Source of the DNA: a virus
Length of the DNA: 64,000 nt
UHGV virus genome: UHGV-0057186
Reading direction: 5' to 3' (one strand)
In this document: one piece after another, positions 47,492 to 59,502 of the stretch
How the letters are laid out: each line of letters starts with the position of its first letter
Position numbering within the stretch: position 1 is the first letter of the stretch
Program-made: the position numbers and the translations under genes
The notes under the pieces: generated by a model
Seen by the model: only the letters and a program-made list of their open reading frames with translations
What the model was told of the DNA's origin: nothing
The model's database searches: none

Positions 47492-49202
47492 TAACCTTAA
47501 TTGGTTTGTTGGTGTTGTTGAAGATAGAATGGACCCATTAAAATTAGGTCGTGTTCGTGTTCGTGTGGTTGGTCTGCATCCACCTCAAAGAGCACAAGGC
47601 GATGTAATGGGTATTCCAACTGAAAAATTACCATGGATGTCAGTTATTCAACCTATAACTTCTGCAGCAATGTCTGGAATTGGAGGTTCTGTTACTGGAC
47701 CGGTAGAAGGAACTAGAGTTTATGGTCATTTTTTAGACAAATGGAAAACTAACGGAATTGTCCTTGGCACGTATGGTGGAATAGTTCGCGAAAAACCGAA
47801 TAGACTTGAAGGATTTTCTGACCCAACTGGGCAATATCCTAGACGTTTAGGAAATGATACTAATGTATTAAACCAAGGCGGAGAAGTAGGATATGATTCG
47901 TCTTCTAACATTATCCAAGATAGTAACTTAGACACTGCAATAAATCCCGATGATAGACCACTATCAGAGATTCCAACCGATGATAATCCAAATATGTCAA
48001 TGGCTGAAATGCTTCGCCGTGATGAAGGATTAAGATTAAAAGTTTATTGGGATACCGAAGGATATCCGACAGTTGGTATTGGTCATCTTATCATGAAGCA
48101 GCCAGTTCGTGATATGGCTCAAATTAATAAAGTTTTATCAAAACAAGTTGGTCGTGAAATTACTGGAAACCCAGGTTCTATTACGATGGAAGAGGCGACG
48201 ACTTTATTTGAACGTGATTTGGCTGATATGCAACGGGACATTAAATCACATTCTAAAGTAGGACCAGTCTGGCAAGCTGTCAACCGTTCTCGTCAAATGG
48301 CGTTAGAAAATATGGCATTTCAGATGGGTGTTGGTGGTGTAGCTAAATTTAACACAATGTTAACTGCTATGTTAGCAGGAGATTGGGAAAAAGCGTATAA
48401 AGCCGGTCGTGATTCATTATGGTATCAACAAACAAAAGGCCGTGCATCCCGTGTTACCATGATTATTCTTACGGGAAATTTAGAATCATATGGCGTTGAA
48501 GTGAAAACCCCAGCTAGGTCTCTATCAGCAATGGCTGCTACTGTAGCTAAATCTTCTGACCCTGCTGACCCTCCTATTCCAAATGACTCGAGAATTTTAT
48601 TCAAAGAACCAGTTTCTTCATATAAAGGTGAATATCCTTATGTGCATACAATGGAAACTGAAAGTGGACATATTCAGGAATTTGATGATACCCCTGGGCA
48701 AGAACGATACAGATTAGTTCATCCAACTGGAACTTATGAAGAAGTATCACCGTCAGGAAGAAGAACAAGAAAAACTGTTGATAATTTGTATGATATAACC
48801 AACGCTGATGGTAATTTTTTGGTAGCCGGTGATAAAAAGACTAACGTCGGTGGATCAGAAATTTATTACAACATGGATAATCGTCTTCACCAGATAGATG
48901 GAAGCAATACAATATTTGTACGTGGCGACGAAACGAAAACTGTTGAAGGCAATGGAACTATCCTAGTTAAAGGTAATGTTACTATTGTAGTTGAAGGTAA
49001 TGCTGACATTACAGTTAAAGGAGATGCTACCACTTTAGTTGAAGGAAATCAAACTAACACAGTAAATGGAAATCTTTCTTGGAAAGTTGCTGGGACAGTT
49101 GATTGGGACGTTGGTGGTGATTGGACAGAAAAAATGGCATCTATGAGTTCTATTTCATCTGGTCAATACACAATTGATGGATCGAGGATTGACATTGGCT
49201 AA
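47475..49202 (+). CDS. 5: Baseplate central spike/cell-puncturing protein gp5 with lysozyme domain
   Basis: 575 aa; N-terminal OB-fold region, internal T4L-like lysozyme domain (MAEMLRRDEGLRLKVYWDTEGYPTVGIGHLI), C-terminal beta-helix VxGxxxxx repeats. Confidence 0.93.
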   Translation: MEMISNNLNWFVGVVEDRMDPLKLGRVRVRVVGLHPPQRAQGDVMGIPTEKLPWMSVIQPITSAAMSGIGGSVTGPVEGTRVYGHFLDKWKTNGIVLGTYGGIVREKPNRLEGFSDPTGQYPRRLGNDTNVLNQGGEVGYDSSSNIIQDSNLDTAINPDDRPLSEIPTDDNPNMSMAEMLRRDEGLRLKVYWDTEGYPTVGIGHLIMKQPVRDMAQINKVLSKQVGREITGNPGSITMEEATTLFERDLADMQRDIKSHSKVGPVWQAVNRSRQMALENMAFQMGVGGVAKFNTMLTAMLAGDWEKAYKAGRDSLWYQQTKGRASRVTMIILTGNLESYGVEVKTPARSLSAMAATVAKSSDPADPPIPNDSRILFKEPVSSYKGEYPYVHTMETESGHIQEFDDTPGQERYRLVHPTGTYEEVSPSGRRTRKTVDNLYDITNADGNFLVAGDKKTNVGGSEIYYNMDNRLHQIDGSNTIFVRGDETKTVEGNGTILVKGNVTIVVEGNADITVKGDATTLVEGNQTNTVNGNLSWKVAGTVDWDVGGDWTEKMASMSSISSGQYTIDGSRIDIG

Positions 49203-49236
49203 TATACTTCCAATGAGCGCTGATTTAGGAGAATCC

Positions 49237-49731
49237 ATGGAAGGTTCTTCTATCGACGTCACCTTTACCGCTCAATTAGAAACAGGTGAAACGTTAGTAT
49301 CTATAAATATAACTAGTTACGAAGAAACTCCTGGGGTTTTAGTAGAAGAAAATCGCTTATATGGAACATATGAATCTGTGTTTGGATTTGGAAATGACGC
49401 GTTGAAATATCGTTTAGGCGATGAATTTAAAACTGCTGCTTCATGGGAAGAACTTCCTACTGATTCTGATACTCAGTTGTATTTGTGGAAAGCTCCTCAG
49501 AACCTCCAGAAGACATTCACTTACGAAGTAACATTAATATATGACTACCAAGAACAAAGTGAATCTGGAGGTTCTGGCAGTAATTCTAGGTCATCTTCTG
49601 ATACTACTGAACCGACAGATCCTCCTGCTCCAGTAAGAAAAACTCTCGTTAAAAATTATACTAAAACTATAGTTGGAAATTGGAGTCGTTGGGCTAATAA
49701 ATTAAGAAGCTATGTGTATGAGAGGTCATAG
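49237..49731 (+). CDS. Hypothetical protein at the 5.1 position (ORF track start 49174; ATG 49237 has aggag RBS)
   Basis: Acidic Ser/Gly-rich protein between 5 and 5.4. Confidence 0.5.
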
Positions 49732-50025
49732 ATGTCAGGATTAAGTTATGATAAGTGTGTTACTGCCGGCCATGAAGCATGGCCTCCAACAGTTGTGAAT
49801 GCTACACAAAGTAAAGTATTCACTGGAGGAATTGCTGTTCTCGTAGCAGGTGATCCAATTACAGAACATACAGAAATTAAAAAGCCATATGAAACACATG
49901 GCGGAGTGACACAACCCAGAACTTCTAAGGTATATGTCACTGGAAAGAAAGCTGTTCAAATGGCTGATCCAATATCATGCGGTGATACTGTGGCTCAGGC
50001 ATCATCTAAAGTATTCATTAAATAG
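49732..50025 (+). CDS. 5.4: PAAR-repeat spike-tip protein gp5.4
   Basis: 97 aa; PAAR-like segments ([17 protein letters not shown]). Confidence 0.8.
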
Positions 50026-50033
50026 GATTTAAA

Positions 50034-52016
50034 ATGGCAAATACCCCTGTAAATTATCAATTAACAAGAACAGCAAATGCTATTCCCGAGATATTCGTCG
50101 GGGGTACGTTTGCTGAAATAAAACAAAACCTCATTGAATGGCTTAATGGCCAAAATGAATTTTTGGATTATGATTTTGAAGGCTCAAGATTAAACGTTCT
50201 GTGCGACCTTTTGGCTTATAATACGCTGTACATTCAACAGTTTGGTAATGCTGCTGTGTATGAAAGCTTTATGCGTACTGCTAACTTACGAAGTTCAGTT
50301 GTTCAAGCTGCACAAGATAACGGATATTTACCTACTTCAAAATCCGCTGCGCAGACCGAAATTATGTTAACATGCACCGACGCATTGAATAGGAATTACA
50401 TTACTATTCCTCGCGGAACTCGCTTTTTAGCATATGCAAAAGATACTTCTGTTAATCCATATAACTTCGTTTCTACCGAAGACGTTATTGCTATTCGTGA
50501 TAAAAATAACCAATATTTTCCGCGTTTAAAATTGGCCCAGGGACGTATAGTAAGAACTGAAATCATTTATGATAAATTAACACCTATTATCATTTATGAT
50601 AAAAATATTGATAGAAACCAGGTTAAATTATACGTTGATGGAGCAGAATGGATTAACTGGACAAGAAAGTCAATGGTTCATGCTGGTTCTACATCAACAA
50701 TTTACTACATGCGTGAAACTATTGATGGAAACACTGAATTCTATTTTGGTGAAGGTGAAATTTCTGTTAATGCTTCTGAAGGAGCTTTGACCGCTAATTA
50801 TATCGGAGGTCTCAAACCTACTCAGAACTCTACGATTGTTATTGAGTACATTAGTACTAATGGTGCTGACGCGAACGGAGCAGTCGGATTTTCATACGCA
50901 GATACATTAACAAATATAACTATCATCAATATTAATGAAAATCCAAACGGTGACCCAGATTTTGTTGGGGCAGATGGAGGCGGTGATCCAGAAGATATTG
51001 AGCGTATTCGCGAATTGGGTACTATTAAACGCGAAACCCAGCAACGATGCGTAACTGCGACTGACTACGATACATTCGTTTCAGAGAGATTTGGTTCTAT
51101 TATTCAGGCAGTTCAGACTTTCACTGATTCTACTAAACCTGGGTATGCATTTATTGCTGCTAAACCTAAATCAGGTCTGTATTTAACTACTGTACAGCGT
51201 GAAGATATTAAAAATTATCTCAAAGACTATAATTTAGCTCCTATTACGCCATCAATTATTTCTCCTAATTATCTTTTTATTAAGACTAATTTAAAAGTCA
51301 CATATGCTTTAAATAAACTACAAGAATCCGAGCAGTGGCTTGAAGGTCAAATAATTGATAAAATTGATCGCTATTATACCGAAGATGTAGAAATTTTTAA
51401 CTCGTCTTTCGCTAAATCTAAGATGTTAACTTATGTAGATGATGCAGATCATTCTGTCATTGGTTCATCAGCGACTATTCAAATGGTTCGTGAAGTACAA
51501 AACTTCTATAAAACACCTGAAGCAGGTATTAAATACAATAATCAAATAAAAGATCGTTCTATGGAATCTAATACGTTTTCATTTAATTCTGGACGAAAGG
51601 TTGTAAATCCTGATACTGGTTTAGAAGAAGATGTATTATATGATGTTCGTATAGTATCAACAGACCGAGATTCTAAAGGAATTGGTAAAGTTATTATTGG
51701 TCCATTTGCTTCTGGCGATGTTACAGAAAATGAAAACATTCAGCCATATACAGGCAATGATTTTAATAAATTAGCAAATTCTGATGGACGCGACAAATAC
51801 TATGTTATCGGTGAAATAAATTATCCGGCTGACATGATTTATTGGAATATCGCTAAAATTAATTTAACATCTGAAAAATTTGAGGTTCAGACTATTGAAT
51901 TATATTCTGACCCAACCGATGATGTTATCTTTACCCGTGATGGTTCACTGATTGTATTTGAAAATGATTTACGTCCGCAATACTTAACTATCGATTTGGA
52001 GCCTATATCACAATGA
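50034..52016 (+). CDS. 6: Baseplate wedge protein gp6
   Basis: 660 aa; length/position as T4 gp6. Confidence 0.9.
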   Translation: MANTPVNYQLTRTANAIPEIFVGGTFAEIKQNLIEWLNGQNEFLDYDFEGSRLNVLCDLLAYNTLYIQQFGNAAVYESFMRTANLRSSVVQAAQDNGYLPTSKSAAQTEIMLTCTDALNRNYITIPRGTRFLAYAKDTSVNPYNFVSTEDVIAIRDKNNQYFPRLKLAQGRIVRTEIIYDKLTPIIIYDKNIDRNQVKLYVDGAEWINWTRKSMVHAGSTSTIYYMRETIDGNTEFYFGEGEISVNASEGALTANYIGGLKPTQNSTIVIEYISTNGADANGAVGFSYADTLTNITIININENPNGDPDFVGADGGGDPEDIERIRELGTIKRETQQRCVTATDYDTFVSERFGSIIQAVQTFTDSTKPGYAFIAAKPKSGLYLTTVQREDIKNYLKDYNLAPITPSIISPNYLFIKTNLKVTYALNKLQESEQWLEGQIIDKIDRYYTEDVEIFNSSFAKSKMLTYVDDADHSVIGSSATIQMVREVQNFYKTPEAGIKYNNQIKDRSMESNTFSFNSGRKVVNPDTGLEEDVLYDVRIVSTDRDSKGIGKVIIGPFASGDVTENENIQPYTGNDFNKLANSDGRDKYYVIGEINYPADMIYWNIAKINLTSEKFEVQTIELYSDPTDDVIFTRDGSLIVFENDLRPQYLTIDLEPISQ

Positions 52017-55000
52017 CAGTAAAAGCACCTTCAGTCACTAGTCTCAGAATTTCCAAGTTATCCGCAAATCAGGTGCAAGTACGCTGGGATGACGTTGGTG
52101 CTAATTTCTACTATTTTGTAGAAATCGCTGAGACAAAAACAGACTCGGGGGAAAATCTCCCGAGTGATCAATATCGTTGGATTAATTTAGGATATACAGC
52201 AAACAATAGTTTCTTTTTTGATGATGCTGATCCACTAACATCATACATCATTAGAGTAGCTACAGCTGCACAAGATTTTGAGCAATCTGATTGGGTTTAT
52301 ACGGAAGAGTTTGAAACTTTTGCTACGAATGCTTACACATTTCAAAACATGATTGAAATGCAATTAGCCAATAAATTCATTCAGGAAAAATTTACTCTTA
52401 ACAATTCTAATTATGTCAATTTTAATAATGACACTATAATGGCTGCATTGATGAATGAATCGTTCCAATTCAGCCCATCATATGTTGATGTTTCATCAAT
52501 CAGTAATTTTATTATTGGTGAAAATGAGTATCATGAAATACAAGGTTCCATTCAGCAAGTATGTAAGGATATTAACCGAGTTTATTTGATGGAATCAGAA
52601 GGGATTCTATATCTTTTTGAGCGTTATCAACCCGTGGTTAAAGTATCTAATGATAAAGGACAAACCTGGAAAGCTGTGAAGCTCTTCAATGACCGTGTAG
52701 GATATCCTTTATCTAAGACAGTATATTACCAATCTGCGAACACAACATACGTTCTAGGATACGACAAGATTTTCTATAGCCGTAAATCGACTGACGTTAG
52801 ATGGTCAGCAGATGATGTCAGATTCAGTTCGCAGGATATAACATTTGCTAAACTTGGCGACCAGTTACATTTAGGATTTGATGTAGAAATCTTTGGTACT
52901 TATGCGACTTTACCAGCGAATGTATATCGTATAGCTGAAGCCATTACTTGTACGGATGATTATATCTATGTTGTTGCCAGAGATAAAGTTAGATATATAA
53001 AAACGAGTAATGCACCTATAGATTCTGACCCGTTATCACCAACATACTCGGAAAGACTTTTTGAACCTGATACAATGACTATAACTGGAAATCCTAAAGC
53101 AGTATGCTATAAAATGGATTCTATCGGTGATAAAGTTTTTGCTCTTATTATTGGTGAAGTTGAAACATTAAATGCCAATCCGAGAACTTCAAAAATAATT
53201 GATTCTGCTGATAAAGGAATATATGTTTTAAATCATGACGAAAAAACATGGAAAAGAGTTTTCGGTAATACCGAAGAAGAAAGAAGACGTATTCAACCTG
53301 GATACGCAAACATGTCAACTGACGGTAAATTAGTTTCTCTGTCTTCGAGTAATTTTAAATTTTTAAGTGATAATGTTGTTAATGACCCTGAAACTATGGT
53401 GAAATATCAGTTAATCGGTGCTGTTAAATATGAATTTCCCCGTGAATGGTTAGCTGATAAGCATTATCATATGATGGCATTTATAGCGGATGAAAAATCT
53501 GATTGGGAGACTTTTACTCCTCAACCAATGAAATACTACGCAGAACCGTTCTTTAATTGGTCTAAAAAATCTAACACACGCTGTTGGATAAACAACTCTA
53601 ATAGAGCTGTAGTAGTTTATGCTGATTTAAAATACACTAAAGTTATAGAAAATATTCCGGAAACATCACCAGATAGATTAGTTCATGAATACTGGGATGA
53701 TGGTGATTGTACGATAGTAATGCCAAATGTTAAATTCACGGGATTTAAAAAATATGCGTCTGGGATGCTTTTTTATAAATCTTCTGGTGAAATAATTTCT
53801 TACTATGATTTTAACTATCGTGTGAGAGATACAGTAGAAATTATTTGGAAGCCGACTGGAGTATTTTTAAAAGCATTTTTACAAAACCAAGAGCATGAGA
53901 CTCCTTGGTCACCAGAAGAAGAGCATGGATTAGCTGATCCTGATTTAAGACCATTAATTGGCACAATGATGCCTGATTCTTATTTGTTGCAGGATTCGAA
54001 TTTTGAGGCATTTTGCGAAGCATATATTCAGTATCTTTCTGATGGATATGGAACTCAGTATAACAATTTACGAAATTTAATTCGTAACCAATATCCACGA
54101 GAAGAGCATGCGTGGGAATATTTGTGGTCAGAGATATATAAAAGAAACATTTATTTAAATGCTGATAAACGTGATGCTGTTGCGAGATTCTTTGAATCAC
54201 GTAGCTATGATTTTTATTCTACTAAAGGAATTGAAGCATCATACAAGTTTCTTTTTAAAGTTCTTTATAATGAAGAAGTTGAAATTGAAATTGAATCTGG
54301 GGCCGGTACTGAATATGACATAATCGTTCAATCTGATTCTTTGACTGAAGATTTAGTAGGACAAACGATTTATACGGCAACAGGAAGATGTAATGTTACT
54401 TATATAGAAAGAAGTTATTCTAATGGTAAATTGCAATGGACCGTAACTATTCATAATCTTTTGGGAAGATTAATTGCTGGTCAAGAAGTTAAAGCAGAAA
54501 GACTCCCTAATTTTGAAGGCGAAATTATTCGTGGAGTTAAAGGAAAGGATTTGCTTCAAAACAATATAGACTATATTAATAGAAGTAGATCATACTATGT
54601 AATGAAAATTAAATCCAATTTACCTTCTTCCCGCTGGAAATCTGACGTTATTCGTTTTGTTCATCCAGTAGGATTTGGATTTATAGCAATTACCCTTTTA
54701 ACGATGTTTATTAATGTTGGTTTAACTCTTAAACACACAGAGACAATAATTAATAAATATAAAAACTATAAATGGGATTCTGGATTGCCTACTGAATATG
54801 CTGATAGAGTAGCTAAATTAACTCCAACCGGTGAAATTGAGCATGATTCAGTAACAGGCGAAGCAATTTATGAGCCTGGCCCAATGGCTGGTGTAGAATA
54901 TCCTCTTCCTGATGACTATAATGCTGAAAATAATAATTCAATATTTCAAGGTCAATTGCCGTCTGAACGACGTAAATTAATGAGTCCTTTATTTGATGCA

Positions 55001-55111
55001 TCTGGAACAACATTTGCGCAATTTAGAGATTTAGTTAATAAACGTCTAAAAGATAATATAGGAAATCCAAGAGACCCTGAAAATCCAACACAGGTTAAAA
55101 TAGATGAATGA
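52013..55111 (+). CDS. 7: Baseplate wedge protein gp7
   Basis: 1032 aa; length/position as T4 gp7. Confidence 0.9.
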   Translation: MTVKAPSVTSLRISKLSANQVQVRWDDVGANFYYFVEIAETKTDSGENLPSDQYRWINLGYTANNSFFFDDADPLTSYIIRVATAAQDFEQSDWVYTEEFETFATNAYTFQNMIEMQLANKFIQEKFTLNNSNYVNFNNDTIMAALMNESFQFSPSYVDVSSISNFIIGENEYHEIQGSIQQVCKDINRVYLMESEGILYLFERYQPVVKVSNDKGQTWKAVKLFNDRVGYPLSKTVYYQSANTTYVLGYDKIFYSRKSTDVRWSADDVRFSSQDITFAKLGDQLHLGFDVEIFGTYATLPANVYRIAEAITCTDDYIYVVARDKVRYIKTSNAPIDSDPLSPTYSERLFEPDTMTITGNPKAVCYKMDSIGDKVFALIIGEVETLNANPRTSKIIDSADKGIYVLNHDEKTWKRVFGNTEEERRRIQPGYANMSTDGKLVSLSSSNFKFLSDNVVNDPETMVKYQLIGAVKYEFPREWLADKHYHMMAFIADEKSDWETFTPQPMKYYAEPFFNWSKKSNTRCWINNSNRAVVVYADLKYTKVIENIPETSPDRLVHEYWDDGDCTIVMPNVKFTGFKKYASGMLFYKSSGEIISYYDFNYRVRDTVEIIWKPTGVFLKAFLQNQEHETPWSPEEEHGLADPDLRPLIGTMMPDSYLLQDSNFEAFCEAYIQYLSDGYGTQYNNLRNLIRNQYPREEHAWEYLWSEIYKRNIYLNADKRDAVARFFESRSYDFYSTKGIEASYKFLFKVLYNEEVEIEIESGAGTEYDIIVQSDSLTEDLVGQTIYTATGRCNVTYIERSYSNGKLQWTVTIHNLLGRLIAGQEVKAERLPNFEGEIIRGVKGKDLLQNNIDYINRSRSYYVMKIKSNLPSSRWKSDVIRFVHPVGFGFIAITLLTMFINVGLTLKHTETIINKYKNYKWDSGLPTEYADRVAKLTPTGEIEHDSVTGEAIYEPGPMAGVEYPLPDDYNAENNNSIFQGQLPSERRKLMSPLFDASGTTFAQFRDLVNKRLKDNIGNPRDPENPTQVKIDE

Positions 55112-56108
55112 TTCAAGTGTTATCTATCGTGCGATAGTTACTTCAAAATTTAGAACAGAAAAAATGTTGAATTTTTATAATTCAATTGGAAGTGGTCCGG
55201 ATAAAAACACTATCTTTATCACATTTGGAAGATCAGAACCGTGGTCATCAAATGAAAATGAGGTGGGCTTTGCCCCACCTTATCCAACCGATTCTGTATT
55301 AGGCGTAACTGACATGTGGACGCATATGATGGGAACAGTAAAGGTTCTTCCATCAATGCTTGACGCAGTTATTCCTCGTCGAGATTGGGGAGATACTAGA
55401 TATCCGGATCCATACACATTTAGAATTAACGATATTGTAGTGTGTAACTCAGCTCCTTACAACGCTACTGAATCAGGCGCAGGCTGGTTAGTATATCGTT
55501 GTTTAGATGTTCCTGATACTGGAATGTGTTCAATTGCATCTTTAACTGATAAGGATGAATGCCTTAAATTAGGCGGAAAATGGACACCTTCTGTTAGGTC
55601 AATGACTCCTCCTGAAGGTCGAGGAGATGCTGAAGGAACAATTGAACCTGGGGACGGGTATGTATGGGAATATCTTTTTGAGATTCCGCCTGATGTATCT
55701 ATAAATAGATGCACGAATGAATATATCGTGGTTCCTTGGCCTGAGGAATTAAAAGAAGACCCGACTAGATGGGGGTATGAAGATAATCTCACTTGGCAGC
55801 AAGATGATTTTGGATTAATTTACCGTGTTAAGGCAAATACTATCCGTTTTAAAGCATATTTAGATTCAGTTTATTTTCCTGAAGCTGCATTGCCAGGAAA
55901 TAAAGGATTTAGACAAATATCAATAATCACGAATCCTCTTGAAGCTAAAGCTCATCCAAATGACCCAAACGTTAAAGCTGAAAAGGATTATTATGACCCA
56001 GAAGATTTAATGAGGCATTCGGGCGAAATGATTTATATGGAAAATAGGCCACCTATTATTATGGCAATGGATCAAACAGAAGAAATCAATATTCTGTTTA
56101 CATTTTAA
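55104..56108 (+). CDS. 8: Baseplate wedge protein gp8
   Basis: 334 aa; length/position as T4 gp8. Confidence 0.9.
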   Translation: MNDSSVIYRAIVTSKFRTEKMLNFYNSIGSGPDKNTIFITFGRSEPWSSNENEVGFAPPYPTDSVLGVTDMWTHMMGTVKVLPSMLDAVIPRRDWGDTRYPDPYTFRINDIVVCNSAPYNATESGAGWLVYRCLDVPDTGMCSIASLTDKDECLKLGGKWTPSVRSMTPPEGRGDAEGTIEPGDGYVWEYLFEIPPDVSINRCTNEYIVVPWPEELKEDPTRWGYEDNLTWQQDDFGLIYRVKANTIRFKAYLDSVYFPEAALPGNKGFRQISIITNPLEAKAHPNDPNVKAEKDYYDPEDLMRHSGEMIYMENRPPIIMAMDQTEEINILFTF

Positions 56109-56113
56109 ATTAA

Positions 56114-56139
56114 GGGAGCCCATGGGCTCCCTTTTTCTT
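56114..56139 (+). terminator. Intrinsic terminator after gene 8
   Basis: Hairpin gggagccc-atg-ggctccc followed by TTTTTCTTT. Confidence 0.7.
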
Positions 56140-56147
56140 TATAAATA
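56140..56147 (+). promoter_or_regulatory. Late promoter TATAAATA for gene 9
   Basis: Exact TATAAATA 25 nt upstream of ATG 56172. Confidence 0.65.
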
Positions 56148-56171
56148 CTATAAACTCATAAGGAAACCGCT

Positions 56172-57038
56172 ATGTTCATTCAAGAACCAAAGAAATTGAT
56201 TGATACCGGCGAAATTGGTAACGCTTCTACTGGTGATATCTTATTCGACGGTGGTAATAAAATTAATAGTGATTTTAACGCAATTTATAATGCGTTTGGC
56301 GATCAGCGTAAAATGGCAGTAGCAAATGGCACTGGAGCAGATGGTCAAATTATCCATGCTACTGGGTATTATCAAAAACACTCTATTACAGAGTACGCAA
56401 CTCCAGTGAAAGTTGGCACTAGACATGATATTGATACCTCTACTGTAGGTGTTAAAGTTATTATTGAAAGAGGCGAACTCGGCGATTGTGTTGAATTCAT
56501 TAACTCTAATGGATCAATATCAGTTACTAATCCTTTAACAATTCAAGCTATTGATTCAATTAAAGGTGTTTCAGGTAATTTAGTAGTAACTAGCCCATAT
56601 AGTAAAGTAACTTTACGCTGTATTTCATCTGATAATTCTACATCGGTTTGGAATTATTCTATTGAAAGTATGTTTGGACAAAAGGAATCACCGGCTGAAG
56701 GTACATGGAATATTTCTACATCCGGATCAGTTGATATTCCACTATTTCATCGCACTGAATACAATATGGCTAAATTGTTAGTTACGTGCCAATCGGTAGA
56801 TGGAAGAAAAATTAAAACGGCAGAAATAAATATTCTTGTAGATGCTGTTAATTCAGAAGTCATTTCTTCTGAATATGCTGTCATGCGGGTTGGAAATGAA
56901 ACAGAAGAAGACGAAATCGCTAATATTGCATTTAGTATTAAAGAAAATTATGTAACGGCAACTATAAGTTCTTCAACTGTCGGTATGAGAGCAGCAGTTA
57001 AAGTTATCGCTACGCAGAAAATCGGGGTGGCTCAATAA
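56172..57038 (+). CDS. 9: Baseplate protein gp9 (long tail-fibre socket)
   Basis: 288 aa; length/position as T4 gp9. Confidence 0.9.
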   Translation: MFIQEPKKLIDTGEIGNASTGDILFDGGNKINSDFNAIYNAFGDQRKMAVANGTGADGQIIHATGYYQKHSITEYATPVKVGTRHDIDTSTVGVKVIIERGELGDCVEFINSNGSISVTNPLTIQAIDSIKGVSGNLVVTSPYSKVTLRCISSDNSTSVWNYSIESMFGQKESPAEGTWNISTSGSVDIPLFHRTEYNMAKLLVTCQSVDGRKIKTAEINILVDAVNSEVISSEYAVMRVGNETEEDEIANIAFSIKENYVTATISSSTVGMRAAVKVIATQKIGVAQ

Positions 57039-58843
57039 TGAAACAAAATATTAATATCGGTAATGTTGTAGATGATGGTACCGGTGACTACCTGCGTAAA
57101 GGTGGTATAAAAATAAATGAAAACTTTGATGAGCTTTATTACGAGCTTGGTGATGGAGATGTTCCATATTCAGCCGGTGCCTGGAAAACTTATAATGCTT
57201 CATCAGGACAAACATTAACAGCAGAATGGGGAAAATCATATGCTATTAACACTTCATCTGGAAGAGTAACTCTACAACTTCCTAAAGGAACCGTTAATGA
57301 TTATAATAAAGTAATTAAAGCTAGGGATGTATTTGCAACATGGAATGTTAATCCAGTTACTCTAGTAGCCGCTTCTGGTGATACTATTAAAGGATCATCG
57401 TCATCAGTTGAAATTAATGTTCAATTTAGCGATTTAGAGTTAGTTTATTGTGCTCCAGGACGTTGGGAATATGTCAAAAACAAACAAATTGACAAAATTA
57501 TTAGTTCAGATATTAGTAATGTAGCACGTAAAGAATTTTTAGTCGAAGTTCAAGGACAAACAGACTTTTTAGATGTTTTCCATGGAACTAGTTATAATGT
57601 CAATAACATCAGAGTAAAACACCGCGGTAACGAATTATATTACGGCGATGTATTTAGTGAAAACAGTGACTTTGGCTCTCCGGGGGAAAATGAAGGAGAA
57701 TTAATTCCTCTTGATGGATTTAATATTAGGTTAAGACAGCCTTGTAATATTGGCGACACTGTTCAAATTGAAACGTTTATGGATGGTGTATCACAATGGA
57801 GAAGTTCATATACAAGACGCCAAATAAAAGTACTGGATTCAAAACTAACATCAAAGACTTCTTTAGAAGGAAGTATTTACGTTACTGATTTATCAACAAT
57901 GAAATCAATTCCATTTTCAGCTTTTGGATTAATTCCTGGCGAACCCATTAATCCTAATTCTCTTGAGGTTCGTTTTAATGGAATTTTACAGCAACAGGCT
58001 GGAACAGCTGGGTATCCTCTGTTTTTGTGCGAAGGCGCTAATTCAGATACGCAAGAAGGATGTATATCTCTTGGTGGCGAATGGAAAGAATCAAACACAG
58101 ATTATTCTATAGAATATGAAGATGGAAAACCTGTCAGTCTTTTATTTGATAGAAAATTTGAATCAGGTGATATAATCGTTATAACATGGTTTAATAATGA
58201 TTTAGGAACTCTTTTAGAAAAAGATGACATTATTGAATTAACTGATGACCGTTATGTTAGTAAAGGATCATCTACTGAAGTTACTGGGGATGTAGCCTTA
58301 ACAGATTTTGATAAAATCGGTTGGCCAAATGTTGAAAAAGTTGATTCTTATACTAGAACGTATAATTCAATATCATCTATTTTCGATAGCATTTATCCTG
58401 TAGGTTCAATTTATGAAAATGCTATAAATCCAAATAATCCGGTGACTTATATGGGATTTGGTTCATGGAAATTATTTGGTAAAGGACAAGTTTTAGTAGG
58501 ATGGAATGATGATGTTACGGATCCAAACTTTGCTTTAAACAATAATGATTTAGATTCTAGCGGAAATCCTTCACATACTGCCGGTGGAACAGTTGGAACA
58601 ACATCGGTGACACTTGAGAACGCAAATCTTCCTGCGACTAAAACTGATGAAAAAGTTTTAATTGAAGATGAAAACGGATCAGTTATTATTGGAGGTTGTC
58701 AATATGACCCAGACGAAACTGGTCCTATATATACAAAATATCGTGAAGACTACGCAACAACAAACTCTTCACATACTCCTCCTGCTAATATTAGTAATAT
58801 TCAACCGTCTATTACTGTATACCGTTGGATAAGGATTGCATAA
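57038..58843 (+). CDS. 10: Baseplate wedge protein gp10
   Basis: 601 aa; TAATG overlap with gene 9 stop. Confidence 0.9.
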   Translation: MKQNINIGNVVDDGTGDYLRKGGIKINENFDELYYELGDGDVPYSAGAWKTYNASSGQTLTAEWGKSYAINTSSGRVTLQLPKGTVNDYNKVIKARDVFATWNVNPVTLVAASGDTIKGSSSSVEINVQFSDLELVYCAPGRWEYVKNKQIDKIISSDISNVARKEFLVEVQGQTDFLDVFHGTSYNVNNIRVKHRGNELYYGDVFSENSDFGSPGENEGELIPLDGFNIRLRQPCNIGDTVQIETFMDGVSQWRSSYTRRQIKVLDSKLTSKTSLEGSIYVTDLSTMKSIPFSAFGLIPGEPINPNSLEVRFNGILQQQAGTAGYPLFLCEGANSDTQEGCISLGGEWKESNTDYSIEYEDGKPVSLLFDRKFESGDIIVITWFNNDLGTLLEKDDIIELTDDRYVSKGSSTEVTGDVALTDFDKIGWPNVEKVDSYTRTYNSISSIFDSIYPVGSIYENAINPNNPVTYMGFGSWKLFGKGQVLVGWNDDVTDPNFALNNNDLDSSGNPSHTAGGTVGTTSVTLENANLPATKTDEKVLIEDENGSVIIGGCQYDPDETGPIYTKYREDYATTNSSHTPPANISNIQPSITVYRWIRIA

Positions 58844-59502
58844 TGAGTTTACTTAATAATAAAGCGGGAGTTATTTCCCGCTTAGCAGATTTTCTTGGTT
58901 TTAGAACTAAGAAAAATGATATTTCGGTTATGAATAATCAGCCAGTAGGCGCTGTAACAATTTCACAAATAGCAAAAGGTTTTTATGACCCGAATGTAGA
59001 ATCTGCTATCAATGATGTTAGAAATATGGCAGAGCAACAGGTTGGAGCTGTATTAGTTAATATAAGCGGCGTATCTCCTACTGGCGTGCAACAAACAGAC
59101 TATTGGTCATTTGAAGGAACCGTTACTGATACTTCAGCCAAACCAGGTGATCCAGTTATTGTTAACATGTTTGGTATTCCAGTTAAAGCTACTAATGGAA
59201 TGACTTCAATCGAATTCACTAGTGCCGTTAGAATAGCTCTACAGGAAATGGTTGTAAAATTTATTGCAATTGATTCGTTTGAAGACCATCCTACCATAGG
59301 AAATAAAATACAAGTTAAGTATTTAGATAACCAAGAACATATCTTAGAACAATACTCTGATAAAGGAATTACTTTCAAACAGGAAATAATTTCTCCTTCT
59401 AAACCTGGGTACGGAACTTGGCAATTATTAGGTGCGCAAACTGTCACGCTAGATAGTCACACACAACCTACAGTATTTTATTATTTTGAGAGAATAGCAT
59501 GA
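58843..59502 (+). CDS. 11: Baseplate protein gp11 (short tail-fibre attachment; start refined to ATG 58843)
   Basis: 219 aa [20 protein letters not shown]...; TAATG overlap with gene 10. Confidence 0.88.
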   Translation: MSLLNNKAGVISRLADFLGFRTKKNDISVMNNQPVGAVTISQIAKGFYDPNVESAINDVRNMAEQQVGAVLVNISGVSPTGVQQTDYWSFEGTVTDTSAKPGDPVIVNMFGIPVKATNGMTSIEFTSAVRIALQEMVVKFIAIDSFEDHPTIGNKIQVKYLDNQEHILEQYSDKGITFKQEIISPSKPGYGTWQLLGAQTVTLDSHTQPTVFYYFERIA